Positions 40,713 through 53,625 of a stretch of 64,000 bases of DNA are shown in pieces. The translations under genes and the position numbers were made by a program. How positions within the stretch are numbered: position 1 is the stretch's first letter; the number at the start of each line of letters is the position of its first letter. The notes under the pieces are model-generated. The model saw only the letters and a program-made list of their open reading frames with translations, searched no databases and was not told the DNA's origin. The stretch is taken from contig NC_043015.1 of the NCBI RefSeq assembly GCF_006345805.1, positions 53,258,001 through 53,322,000 on the forward strand, in the 5' to 3' direction. This stretch comes from Octopus sinensis. Taxonomy: Eukaryota.

Positions 40713-41040
40713 CATTATTATCAAGGAGACGAGCTGGCAGAATCGTTAGCACGCATTTCGTCCGTCTTTACGTTATGAATTCAATTTCCACCGAGGTCGA
40801 CTTTGCCTTTCATCCTTTTGGGGTCGATCAATTAAGTACCAGCTGCGTACTGCAGTCGATCTAAACGAGTTGCCCCTCCCCCAAATTTCAGGCCATGTGC
40901 CTATAGTACAAAGGATTATTTTTAAGGCAGTGAGCAGGCAGAAACTTTTCCTGCGCCAGGCGAAATGTTTTACCGTATTTCGTCTGTCTTTACGTTCTCA
41001 GTTCAAATTCTGCTAAAATCAACTCTGCCTTTCATCCTTT
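40375..41040 (+). mobile_element. Cluster of three SINE family 1 copies
   Basis: Heads at ~40377, ~40724 and ~40925. Confidence 0.85.
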
Positions 41041-41220
41041 GGAGATTCAATTCAGTTAAACTCCCCACTGTCTTTTGACTGACTTAGAAATTCCGAGCGA
41101 CAATGAAATCTTCATGAAGGTAATCTTACCCTAATAATTAGCTTATTATTATAGCAATAACTTATAGTAATAACTTATAGTAATAACTTATAGTGATAAC
41201 TTATTATTACTAATATTAAA

Positions 41221-41598
41221 AACATTTTTACGACCTAGATCGCAAAGTGACTAACTAATATCTTAAAAATTAAGTTTAGATGTAATAATTATAAACTAAT
41301 AATAATTAAATAAATGTACATATCTAAATTATCATTAACAAATAAAAAAACTTATAAATTCATATTTAACAATCAATAGTTATATAGAGTACAATAATAT
41401 TTCTTAAATAAAAAAAAGTTTATTATTGTACTCTATAAAACTATTGATTGTTAAATATGAATTTATAACTTTTTTATTTGTTAATGATAATTTAGATATG
41501 TACATTTATGTAATTATTATTAGTTTATAATTATTATATCCGAACGTAAATTTTAAGATATTAGTTAGTCACTTTGCGATCTAGATCGTAAAAATGTT
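41221..41598. repeat. Long near-perfect inverted repeat (~179-bp arms, 21-nt loop)
   Basis: 41221-41399 pairs with 41421-41598 with roughly ten mismatches. Confidence 0.95.
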
Positions 41599-42931
41599 AT
41601 CAATAAGTAATAAGTATTTTATAAAGATAGGTTATACGTCTTTGATTTGGAATTGTTCAATTCTTAAATTGTATTTCATAACTATTTTCTAAGGATAAAG
41701 TAAGTAATAATAGACTAATTTATTTATTGGTTATATTTTTATATGTTTATTGATAGAAAAGATATATATTTTTGATTACTATATTTGTTGATTATTATTT
41801 AGATATTATTTTTATGTATTTATTATTTTATAATTACTATATGCGAACTAAAATCTAAAAATTTTAATAGTGATTGTTTTGTTAAATAGTTTGGTAATTA
41901 AATATTGGAGTATAACTAGGTTAAAGATATTCTATAAGTTTATCAATGTTTTTAAAGCTAAATTATATCTTCACAGATAAATACATTTTTCTATCTATTT
42001 ACTCTATATTTTACCTTAAATATTTAACATAATAAATATATTGTAGGAAACTGATCCTAATCTTTTAAGTTTCAAATTTAATTAATGGAGTTTCTATAAG
42101 AAAAATTATTTTTTTATTTTTTAAATAATTATTGTTTAACTCTATATGCTTATTTATTTAACTATTATTGTTAACCTGAAGATTGACTATAATTTTAAAT
42201 TTAATTCATTTCAATTAAATTTAGATGTAATAGTAATTCGAATAATAGTCATGACACGTACGTAGTTTTTTAAAAATTATTATGTATTGAATATTCATTT
42301 TTATACTTTTTGTGATCTAGTTATATGTTTTATAAAAATATTTTTTATTTGTTATTTATGTTTTGGTTTATTTCTATCATTGTTTGAATTGCATAATAGT
42401 GGTTTTATCTCTAATTTATATTATATATATATATGTACACACATATATATCTTCATGTATGTGGGGTGGGAGACATTAAGCACACAGCACAAGAGCGTAT
42501 GGTTGATTGCTGCTGATGTGTGATTCTGTAGATGCGCACGCATTCATATATATTCCATATGTATAACTAACCGCGTGCACGTATTCACACAAGGAAATTC
42601 GATGTAGAAAACCTGAAATATTTTGCCATTTTTCACCGTATTTCTCATAGATTGTATTTGAAGCTTATACATGTATGTGCGTATGTATGCATTCAAGTAT
42701 GTATATGTGAGCATATGTGGCAGTATATACATATATACATATATATAAATATATATATATATACGTATGTATGTATATATGTATGTGTGTATGTATGTAC
42801 ATATGATATATATATATATACATATATATTCATACATGCATACAAGTATTCGTGTGTATGTATATACATATATATATATGTATGTATATACAGGGACAGA
42901 TAGATAGACAGACAGATAAATAAATAAATAA

Positions 42932-42989
<58 letters not shown>

Positions 42990-43499
42990 GGATGGATCGA
43001 TCGATGGATGGATGGATGGATGGATGGATGGATGAATGGACGGATGGATGGATGGACTGATGGATGGATGGATAGAGGGTGAGAGAGAAAGAGAAGGCAG
43101 GATACATACACACATGCTTACTAACACACACACACGCACGTACATACGTTCAGGCATGAATACAACATACATGAATACGTATATAGACATATAACTACGT
43201 ACCTACGTATCTACCTACATACATACACACACATATACATATATATATGTGTGTATATATATACATACACACACACGCACACACGTATATATATGTATAT
43301 GTATATACATATATATATATACATGCATACATACATATATGTGTATATATATAAATGTATAAATGTGTGTGTATATGTGTGTGCGCGTGTGTGTGTATGT
43401 GTGTATTATGTACTTTCGTTAAACCCCGGTTCAATGACCTCAGCTGATCTTTCTGAATGTTGCTCAACAAAATCATAAGACGTTCTTTGTTTATATTAA

Positions 43500-44232
43500 C
43501 CAGATTTTGTTGTTGTTGTTGGTGGTGGTGGTAGTGGTGGTGGTGGTTGTGGCGGTGGTTGTGGTGGTGATAGTGGTGGTGATGGTGGTGGTGGTGGTGG
43601 TAGTGGTAGTGGTGGTGGTTTTGGTGTAGTGTGAAAAGAAGCAAAAGACACGAGCTGTCGGAATATTCGGCGTTGAACGGATGCCAACATTTGCTTTCTA
43701 TCAACAACATTCCAATGGATGCATGGATGTATTCCATTAGATATGGACGATAATGAAGATGGCGATGATTAATATACCGTTGCACATAGTGATGGTGATG
43801 ATGATGAAGAGGGGAGAGTAGGGAGAGGGGGACGACGACGTAATGATGATGTTGATGATAATGATAAGATGAGGAAGCGTAGAACGGTTACAGTGATAAT
43901 GATGATGATGGTGGTGGTGGTGGTGGTGGTAGTGGTTGTGGTGGTGGTGGTAGTGGTGGTTGTAGCGGTGGTGGTGGTGGCGGTGGTGGCGGTGGTAGTA
44001 GTAGTGGTGGTGGTGGTCATGTTGGCCCTGCTAAAGATCTTTATGAGGATGATGGTGGTAATGGTAATGCTTCTAGCTTTGACAGTGATGATGATATCAT
44101 CATCATCATCATCATCATCATCATAAGGAGGAGGAGGATGGAGATGTTGATTATGAATATGATGATCATGGTGATATTGAAGATATGATGACAAGAACCA
44201 TTACTTCTACTCCTAATATTACTACTAATAAC

Positions 44233-44322
<90 letters not shown>

Positions 44323-44345
44323 TGTAGGTATTGTGGTGATTCTCA
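43500..44345. repeat. Compound trinucleotide microsatellite field (GGT/GAT/GTA/GCA)
   Basis: Direct inspection. Confidence 0.95.
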
Positions 44346-44711
44346 TGAAACGTCCGTATGACTCGACGGTAAGAGTGCATGGGGTAACAAACTTCTGTTT
44401 AATCCAACGTCAAAACTGAAACTTCTCATTCACACTTTAGAGAAGAGAGTTCGGGTTAAATTTGACGGTCTTTTTAAGACAACCACTTTTTTTTTTTGCA
44501 GGAACAGCTTGATATGTTGGCGAAGAGTCAACGGCTTTCAAAAACAAAAATGATTAATGTTGAAGTTGAGAAAAAATTAGCTGAGATGGAGGACTGGTGA
44601 ACATTTGTACATTGGAAAAGAGTTCTTTGTATTATGATGATTCGCATCGGATATCAGAATACCGATATTATGTCCGCTGTTCAATGCTCTGTGTGAGCAA
44701 TGTAAAGGCTG

Positions 44712-45012
44712 TAATACGTGGGATGGACATCACGAAACCAAGTTCCCCCAGACTATGATGGTCTTTTGGTGTGTTTCTACTGAGGGTGACGGCATGACAA
44801 CTTGCATCTTTGAACACGGTCTTACGCTCAATGGAGACAACCAGGAGAAGCTGCTGAAGGCTGTTAAAAGACGAGGGTTTTTACTGTAAAGCCATCCGGA
44901 AAAGGTCAGAGGTGGTTCTTGAAGAATTTCTACGACTTCACCAGCCCGAGTTTCTGGCGTCCTAATCTCCTCAAATTTAATCCCGTGGATTATCATCATG
45001 TGTGGGGCGCAA
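44712..45012 (+). mobile_element. Tc1/mariner (maT/DD37D-like) transposase fragment
   Basis: TKFPQTMMVFWCVSTEGD...IFEHGLTLN and WFLKNFYDFTSP..W.P...NPVDY..VWG. Confidence 0.7.
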
Positions 45013-45586
45013 ACATATACATAGACGTATAAATAGATAGATATTTCTAGAAAATAAAACAAACTTACATGTAATATGGTGCAGCTACAACTTTTTCGTT
45101 AAGACTTTTTATTGTGTCGTAAACATGGTACAGTCAATTATAAAGAATACACAACATCCGTAAGATTATCTGATATGTTATGTAACTCTCAAATCATCAA
45201 ACTTATGAAATAGACAGGCGGGAAGTATTCATCTAACCTATCTATTGAACCTATACGACTTTGAGTTGCTTTATTCTCGATTCATGAGTTTTTATCGGTC
45301 ATTTCATTGAGAATATTTATTTTCACTTCCCTATATTTTCTGACCCTTCAACTAGTTTAGTAGTCGATCTCACTATATTAACCTAACATTATTTATAAAT
45401 TTATAAATTCATATTTCCGTGTTGACATTGATTATTGCTTAAACTACTTTCATTAGCCTACTATATACATTTATTTGTTTATGGAAATTTGTTGACTACG
45501 TTTTCTATTTGGTTCATCCTATTCTCTATTATTATTATCTTCTAATAAAGAAGTGATGTTTTCTATTCTTGTTGATGTTGTATTCG

Positions 45587-45670
<84 letters not shown>

Positions 45671-45934
45671 CAACTATTAACCATTTTCACTCAGATTCTT
45701 TGGGTAAATCCGAAACGTTTTGCTATAACTTATTTCTGCAAGACACCATTTGTGAGATAGAAATCTACTCTGACAATGGCTACAAAGACACATTCTTAAC
45801 CGTTTCGATCATATCTGCAGCCCATGTATCGACTCGCACACATTTAGACACGATCAAACATACGTACACATACCACGCGCTAATCCATTAATACATATGT
45901 ACAATACTGTCTTGAGTCCTACGACTTATAGAGC

Positions 45935-46156
45935 CAAGAACACGGTTTCTATGTCGTAGAATTGACCGAAATCAGAGCATCGCTCCTGAACGGGACGCCA
46001 GTCTGTCGTAGGGTAACTCATTTGCAGCTAAGTGGACTGGAGCAACAGAAAGGGAAATGTTTTGCTAAAGAACACAAAGCACTACCTAGATTGGGAATCG
46101 AAACCTCGACCTTGCGATCGTGACTACAACACTTCACACACTCGGCCACATGCCTT
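45935..46156 (-). mobile_element. tRNA-derived SINE family 3
   Basis: gggaatcgaaacc (B box, rc) and cactcggccac. A decayed relative lies at ~47270-47395. Confidence 0.6.
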
Positions 46157-46248
46157 CACATACATACTCACACACTTCCATATATATATATATGTATGTA
46201 TACACAAACATATATATGCATATATATATATTATATATATGTATATAC

Positions 46249-46317
<69 letters not shown>

Positions 46318-46474
46318 TTCATATCTATATACACACACACATATGCGACTGTATGTTTGTGTGGGGGTGCGTGCGTTTGTGTATGTATGTATGTATGCGT
46401 GAACCGGAATGCATGCTTGTATGTATGCATGAACCAGAATAAAACACTTTTAAATAATAACAATAATAATAATA

Positions 46475-46529
<55 letters not shown>

Positions 46530-46530
<1 letters not shown>

Positions 46531-47075
46531 CAGTACCAGGCAGTGGCTCTCGTGGCTTCTGATCTTAACTGATTGGAAGTGTTATCATGTACATTGTTTT
46601 GTCTTGGTATAAAAGATGGGCTACAGCAAATATTCTGCTCAATACCACAGATTTGCTTGTCAGTTGTTTGACCTTAACCAGTTGAGCATGTCCCTTAGTG
46701 GCTGACGATATGTGCATCTCTGATCACGAGCAGAAGTAGTGGGGGAGCATCATAGCCATGTGCTGAGAGGGATTCTTTGGGGTTTGAATAGTTCACCTCT
46801 GGAAACATGGGTGATTCTTTCAACATCCTTAAACAACCCTTATTCAGGGACCGTTTGAGCGGGATGGGCTACTCAACCTGAAGAAAATTCTAACTGGGCC
46901 CCACCTGCAAGGTCATGTGCTGTTTATCTTGATATGAGATCACCATGTCGCGCACATATGGTTGTGATGCATGTGCCTGGTGTACCCTTATCAGACTGGT
47001 AGTCATGATGGGTATATTGGGCTTCGTATATTTTACCCCAGTGTCACTTTGATGGCATGAACTGCTCTCTCACTC
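46530..47075 (+). mobile_element. 546-bp non-coding interspersed element flanked by (TAA)n, copy 1
   Basis: Begins GCAGTACCAGGCAGTGG and ends CTCTCTCACTC. Near-identical to 47798-48343 and related to 8428-8936 (-). Confidence 0.85.
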
Positions 47076-47119
<44 letters not shown>

Positions 47120-47399
47120 ACTCTCCCGTCGAAGACGACGTATCAAAATTCGGCTTCTGTCGGACGACCTGAACAAATGATTTGTTTTTAGTGATCGAAT
47201 TTTCGTGTCGCACATTAGTTAAATCTCCCCATCAATTTGAAGCTGTCTGAACAGGTGCACGGTGTACCACCACTGGTCAGGTGTCGAAGTCATCGCAAAA
47301 CCATGCGAAATGAAATGTATTACTCGTAGACGCAACGCACCACCCAGTCCACGAAATGAAATTGCGATCGCTACATCGTGAGTGCAACACTCCAATCAA

Positions 47400-47452
<53 letters not shown>

Positions 47453-47484
47453 TAATAATAATGATGATGATGATGATGATGATA

Positions 47485-47635
47485 AAAAAAGGTACTGAAT
47501 CCCATTTGAAAATTATACCAGGCTTACCATCCCTACAGGAAGTGAAAAAAATCGTGTTAACTGGAACAGCTCATGTACTGAGAAGAGCATTATCGCTGTG
47601 AAAACATTCATTCATGAATTTATTTATTCATTAAA
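47485..47635 (+). mobile_element. R4/Dong-like extreme 3' fragment, different subfamily
   Basis: KKGTESHLKIIPGLPSLQEVKKIVLTGTAHVLRRALSL* follows an (AAT)n/(GAT)n run. Confidence 0.7.
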
Positions 47636-47755
47636 TTTTTAAATACATATTTTACCTGTGAATTTGAGTGTGTAATCTGGGAATGCATATAATGAGCTTC
47701 TCTGTACGGAAAACACTCGGCGAGAAACGGAAGAAAATTTGAAGAAAGAAAGAAA

Positions 47756-47797
<42 letters not shown>

Positions 47798-47798
<1 letters not shown>

Positions 47799-48343
47799 CA
47801 GTACCAGGCAGTGGCTCTCATGGCTTCTGATCTTAACTGATTGGAAGTGTTATCATGTACATTGTTTTGTCTTGGTATAAAAGATGGGCTACAGCAAATA
47901 TTCTGCTCAATACCACAGATTTGCTTGTCAGTTGTTTGACCTTAACCAGTTGAGCATGTCCCTTAGTGGCTGACGATATGTGCATCTCTGATCACGAGCA
48001 GAAGTAGTGGGGGAGCATCATAGCCATGTGCTGAGAGGGATTCTTTGGGGTTTGAATAGTTCACCTCTGGAAACATGGGTGATTCTTTCAACATCCTTAA
48101 ACAACCCTTATTCAGGGACCGTTTGAGCGGGATGGGCTACTCAACCTGAAGAAAATTCTAACTGGGCCCCACCTGCAAGGTCATGTGCTGTTTATCTTGA
48201 TGTGAGATCACCATGTCGCGCACATATGGTTGTGATGCATGTGCTTGGTGTACCTTTATCAGACGGGTAGTCATGATGGGTATATTGGGCTTCGTATATT
48301 TTACCCCAGTGTCACTTTGATGGCATGAACTGCTCTCTCACTC
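47798..48343 (+). mobile_element. 546-bp non-coding element flanked by (TAA)n, copy 2
   Basis: About 5 substitutions versus copy 1, with the same ends. Confidence 0.85.
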
Positions 48344-48383
<40 letters not shown>

Positions 48384-48432
48384 TTATTATAATAATAATA
48401 ATAATAACAACAACAACAATAATAACAATAAC

Positions 48433-48512
<80 letters not shown>

Positions 48513-48514
<2 letters not shown>

Positions 48515-48892
48515 CTTTCTAATTGATGTATCAATACCAGCAGATGACAACGTGTCTCTAAAAGAAATGGAGAAACTCTCAAAATACAAAGACCTGGAAA
48601 TAGAGGTAACCAGAATGTGGAATCTAAAAACAGAAACAATTACTATCATAGTAGGCGCATTAGGCATGATAAAAAATATTCAGACAAATACATAACAAAA
48701 GCACCAGAACTTACAAACACATATAACATACAGAAAATTGCACTACTAGGCACTGCACACATCCTACGCAGAACACTTTCCATACAATAACCATCAGAGC
48801 ATCACAACAAATCACAGCACATACCCAAGGCACACAGAGTTGCGCTCGGTAGTGAAGTGGAAGCACGTTATAAAAATAAAACTACTGAATGA
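48513..48892 (+). mobile_element. R4/Dong-like 3' end fragment with 3' UTR
   Basis: Highly similar to the reverse complement of 8937-9190 (CFLIDVSIPADDNVSLKEMEKLSKYKDLEIE...TAHILRRTLSIQ*). Flanked by (TAA)n on both sides. Confidence 0.85.
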
Positions 48893-49710
48893 TAATAATA
48901 ATAATAAAATAATAATAATATAATAATAATATAATAATAAAATAATAATAATAATTAATAATAATAATAATAATAATGATGATGATGATGATGATACACA
49001 AAATAGAAATAAACCCTGAAAATAATTTAGTGCACTAAGAAAGATAAAGGAACTGTTCCCTGTTTTGTAGCAACAAAGATCGGGAAATGCAATGTCATTC
49101 CATTTCGCGATAACAATACGAGTACGGTAGCGATTATCTGGATTTAGGACATGTTATCTGGGTGTTAACACGAACACTTGTTTAAATAATTCTATATAAA
49201 CACCATTTGTACGTGGCTATATACATCTACGCCCATGTTACAATTTGGGAGTGTTTCATTTACGGTTTATTTGTTTAACGGTTTGTATTTGAATTTTTCG
49301 TCTTTTTTTGCTAACAACGATAATATTCCAATGACACTCGGCGGTTTCTCATGATGTTGTTGTTAAAATTCGCGATATAGTTATTTTTTCAATTTTTTTT
49401 TTTGTTTTACCTTTTTTGTTGCGTAGTTTTGTAGAGTTAGTTTACTTGATCCATTATATGTCTTACTAATAGGTGCTTTTCAGTCGTGATAAGCTTGCGT
49501 TTTATCAGCGTCTCTAGGGATATACTATCTAATGTAACCTTCTCTTCAAGATTGTATGGTGTGTTTCGTGGACGATTTGGCTGCTATAGATGCGAGATAA
49601 GAGGAAATGAGACGAACGTGTTGCGTACGCTTTGAGGGGGAAAGTATGTAATAAACAATATCAAAGTAGTAGTGGTTTGAGAAAGGAAAGAGAGGAGACA
49701 ACACGTGGAT

Positions 49711-49800
49711 AAGGGTAGAGATCATACTCAAACCATAACCAAGAGTAGAGATCATACTCAAACCATAACCAAGACTAGGGATCATACTCAAACCATAACC
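49711..49800. repeat. 30-bp minisatellite x3
   Basis: aag(a/g)(g/c)tag(a/g)gatcatactcaaaccataacc. Confidence 0.9.
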
Positions 49801-50069
49801 CTGAGTCTAATTCTAAACTTAACTCTAATCCTTACCCTCATGCTATAAGATACTGAGCAGTGTTTTTTTCAAATTCATTGTTTCGAGTTCATTTGCCGCC
49901 GGGGGTCAAAAGAATTGGCACCAGACAACCAATGCTGGAGGAAGAGGTTTGTCTAATACGTTGCCCGCGGTGCTGTATTTTACTAATGCTTTAGTTAATC
50001 GACCCCGAAGAAAATGGGGTGCAACGTTGAATTCAAAACGTAATGTGCCGGATAATGATACTGCCTGAA

Positions 50070-50390
50070 CACACTGGCAAATGGTGTGAACATGAACCTG
50101 GTAAAGTACTAGAAAGGAAGAAATACATGATGTTGTGGGACTTTAAAATTCAGACCGACAGAGTAATAGAAGCTAGAACGCCTGATTTGGTAGCGGTAGA
50201 CAAAGAGAATAGAAAGTGCCAGATAATTAATTTTACAATCCCAAATTATGAAAAAAATCAATACAAGAGGTATATAGCAAATTACCAGGACCTAACAACT
50301 GAATTACAGAGATTATGGAAAATGCGGGCAAAACGTACCCCTGTAGTTATAGAAAACAGTGTTTTTAGGGACAGCTATAATGCTTAGGAG
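50070..50390 (+). mobile_element. Decayed R4/Dong-like RLE fragment
   Basis: KWCEHEPGKVLE...LWDFKIQTDRVIEARTPDLVAVDKENRKCQII (ORF 50043-50387). Confidence 0.7.
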
Positions 50391-50509
50391 GATTCTTGGC
50401 ATCTAAGGTTACTTGTAGCCCGATGTTAGGATTTTTTCTTTTCCAAAAGTCTAATCTGTTGTGCGTTTATGAAAATAATAACAATAATAATATTAATAAT
50501 GATAATACT

Positions 50510-50740
50510 CTAAAGATGTACCCAGACACGACTAAGTAAGCAATTATATCCACTGGAGAATATACCAAAATTACAACATTAAAACTGACAAGAGGTGGTA
50601 TAAACATGTGCCAAACAAGGTACAAGACAACGACCAGGTCACAATCATCTGGAATAAAAGAAATAAAAGCTAATCGCCTTGTTGTGACTTGACAAACAGT
50701 ACAAATCCCCGGTAGACACAACATCTTCAATCAACAACAT
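50510..50740 (+). mobile_element. Decayed R4/Dong-like RLE fragment
   Basis: One frame reads YIHWRIYQNYNIKTDKRWYKHVPNKVQDNDQVTIIWN, homologous to the 9092-9502 peptide. AAT repeats flank it. Confidence 0.6.
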
Positions 50741-50827
50741 CACGATATTGCATACTGCGTCACGTCTATAATGATAATAATAATGATGATGATAATAATA
50801 ATAATAATAATGACGATGATGATGATG

Positions 50828-50858
<31 letters not shown>

Positions 50859-51025
50859 CAACAACAACAACAACAACAGCAACAACAATAATAATAATAA
50901 TAATAAAATAATAATAAAATAAGAATAACAAGAATAAGAAGAAGAGGAGGAGGAGGAGGAGGAGGAGAGAAGAAGAAGAAGAAGAAGAAGAAGAAGAAGA
51001 TGATGATGATGATGATGAATTCACC

Positions 51026-51070
<45 letters not shown>

Positions 51071-51888
51071 GTTATTATTATCCTTTCTACTATAGGCGCA
51101 ATTTTGAGGGGAACGGACTAGTCTATTATATCAACCCTAGTGCTCGACTGGTACTTATTTTATCGGCCCCCAAAAGTGCATGTCAAGCAATGTTTATGTA
51201 AATTGAACACAGAGCGATGAAGCACAACCAGAAACAAATTTCCAATACATGGCTACAACAGTGGTATCACAAAGTAACTTAGAGTTTTTGACAACTGTTA
51301 GCCCACCCATAATCTTTCAGGCCAGTGGCGTGTCTTCTCCTGAATTGTAAAACTGTGACCCATATTTACATCAATCGTAATAAAAGTGAATTTACATAAT
51401 GAATTTCAAGACAAGATTAGAATCAAGAATAAATACTTTATTCGCCGGTAAAAGTTAAATCAGATTTTTCCATCACGGTTTCAACCATTAAAGAATCTAT
51501 CTTGATGGTCAGCTCCAGCAAAGCAACATCAAACAGATTCATTTGCATTGCTTTTCATATATCATTTATTTTGTCGAAAAATACGTCGTTACTTCATGCC
51601 ACTTTGGCCCTGATCCTAATAGTAATGCCTCCATATCTGATTTTAGAACTAACTGTCCTTATAACTTATAAACATTTCCTAGCAAATCTTACTTTTCTTC
51701 TTTCCTTTCCCTTCTTCATTTTTCGTTTGTTTGGCTTCTTTTTCTCTCTCTCTCTCTCTTTTGTTTTTTTGTTCTGTTCTTGTATGATTTTATTTCCGAT
51801 GCTTCTTATTTTCCGATTTCTCAATCAGAATACCAGTGTGTAACTAATGTCATTTGTGGCCTGTTGAATAATAATAACAATGGTAATA

Positions 51889-51947
<59 letters not shown>

Positions 51948-52015
51948 TTATTATAATAATAATAATAATAACAACAACAACAATAATAACAATAACAATA
52001 ATAATAATAATAATG

Positions 52016-52076
<61 letters not shown>

Positions 52077-52192
52077 AGATTATGTTAATGAAAATGCTGA
52101 TGATGATGTTATGATGACAATAATATTGATATTAATAATACCGGTGATTATAAGGATAAAATAATAATAGTAATAATAACAACAACAACAAC

Positions 52193-52238
<46 letters not shown>

Positions 52239-53198
52239 ATCAGACAGTAGTTATTTCTGTTTCCTTTCAGAGAATTCTTTGAAGAGGAAAATTTTGTAAT
52301 ATTTTTCGGTAGCTTTTTACCTCACACCTGGAGTAAAGCTTAATTTGGTCGTCTTGGAAGGAAATGAAAGAATATATTCTGTAAAAAGCGAAACTAAAAG
52401 AAGGAAACAAAATAATAATAAATTCAAATCAAAGATCGGTATCTTACTTCAAATAATAATTCTTTATTCCCGCCAATAAAGGTTCCATAAGTAAGTTTAT
52501 ACAAGTCTAAAATTTTTCAACGCCTTTGAAGTATAGTTGCGATATAAAAGACTTCCAGCGACTGGTCTCCAATACCAATATAAGAAAACTAGAATTCTTT
52601 ATAAAAGAAAAAGCGAAAGATACAATGTGAGGGAGAGACAGAGAGAGAGAAAAAATAAGTAAAAGAAAAACAAAGAAAAAGAATTGATAAAGATAAAAAC
52701 TTAGATCTTTGCAATAAGTGAAGAATTCTTTTGTTGTGAGTCTCAAAGGAGCTAAATGAAATCAGATTATAAAGCAGAAAGCTTGTTAGTCTGCGAGAAA
52801 CTTCGGAAATCTATTTGCTCCACAAAAACAAGAACGAGATGTAAAGAATGTTAAAGCATATGAAATCTATTCCGGAAACAGCGAAAACATGAAGACTCTT
52901 TAGTTTCGTATTTCTCTTACTGCCACGTAAAGGTGAGAGAGAGAGTGGGGGAGGGAGAAGGAGTGAGAAAGAAAGAGAAGGAGAGAGAGAGAGCGAAGGA
53001 CGCAGAGAGAAGGAAAGAGGGAGAGAGATGAAAGTAGTTCAGCGGTGGAAGAAGGAACAGACTGGAGGATTACGAGGTGGGCGTTTGGGTTTCCATTCCT
53101 CAGTGTCATAAGTTGATGTCTATGCCACTGGTCAGAATATATATGCCAGTGTGTGCGTGTGTACGTGCACGCGCGTGCATGTATATGAATGCATATAT

Positions 53199-53625
53199 AA
53201 TCTGCCTGGGGTTACACAAGTAGTGACATTCAACAGCTACTTTGATATGGCGACTAGCTTTACTGTTTAGTGCAGTTACTACTCTGGTCTCTTGGTGAGA
53301 TTTTGTAACTAGCTATTTTGCTTGATGCAAACGAGTGACCGATGGTCACTTTGTTTGCAATATGCTATTAGCGTTAGTGGATTCTGGCTATTGCTCTGGC
53401 GTACAGGTGGTCGCAACTATTGATCAACCAAATAACTCGAAACTGAGTCAGTCTCGCGATCCTGGTACTTGCTAGAAGTTGCTATGGGTTTGTTCCCCCT
53501 GCTACCAATATATTGTATATAAAGGGTGCAGAGTCGTACCGACAACCAGCTTGCGGAGAATCTGCTTGGGGTTAAACTAGTAGTAACATTCAACAGCCAC
53601 TTTGATGTGGCGACTGGCTTTACTG

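Noticed and set aside
41420-41660. Compressed mitochondrial LSU rRNA domain V motifs on the - strand
   Set aside because: The short motif look-alikes are in order, but the spacing is incompatible with the conserved core. Likely over-reading of AT-rich sequence.
42066-42082. tRNA-Trp(TCA) anticodon arm TTAAG-TTTCAAA-TTTAA
   Set aside because: No convincing acceptor stem or T arm.
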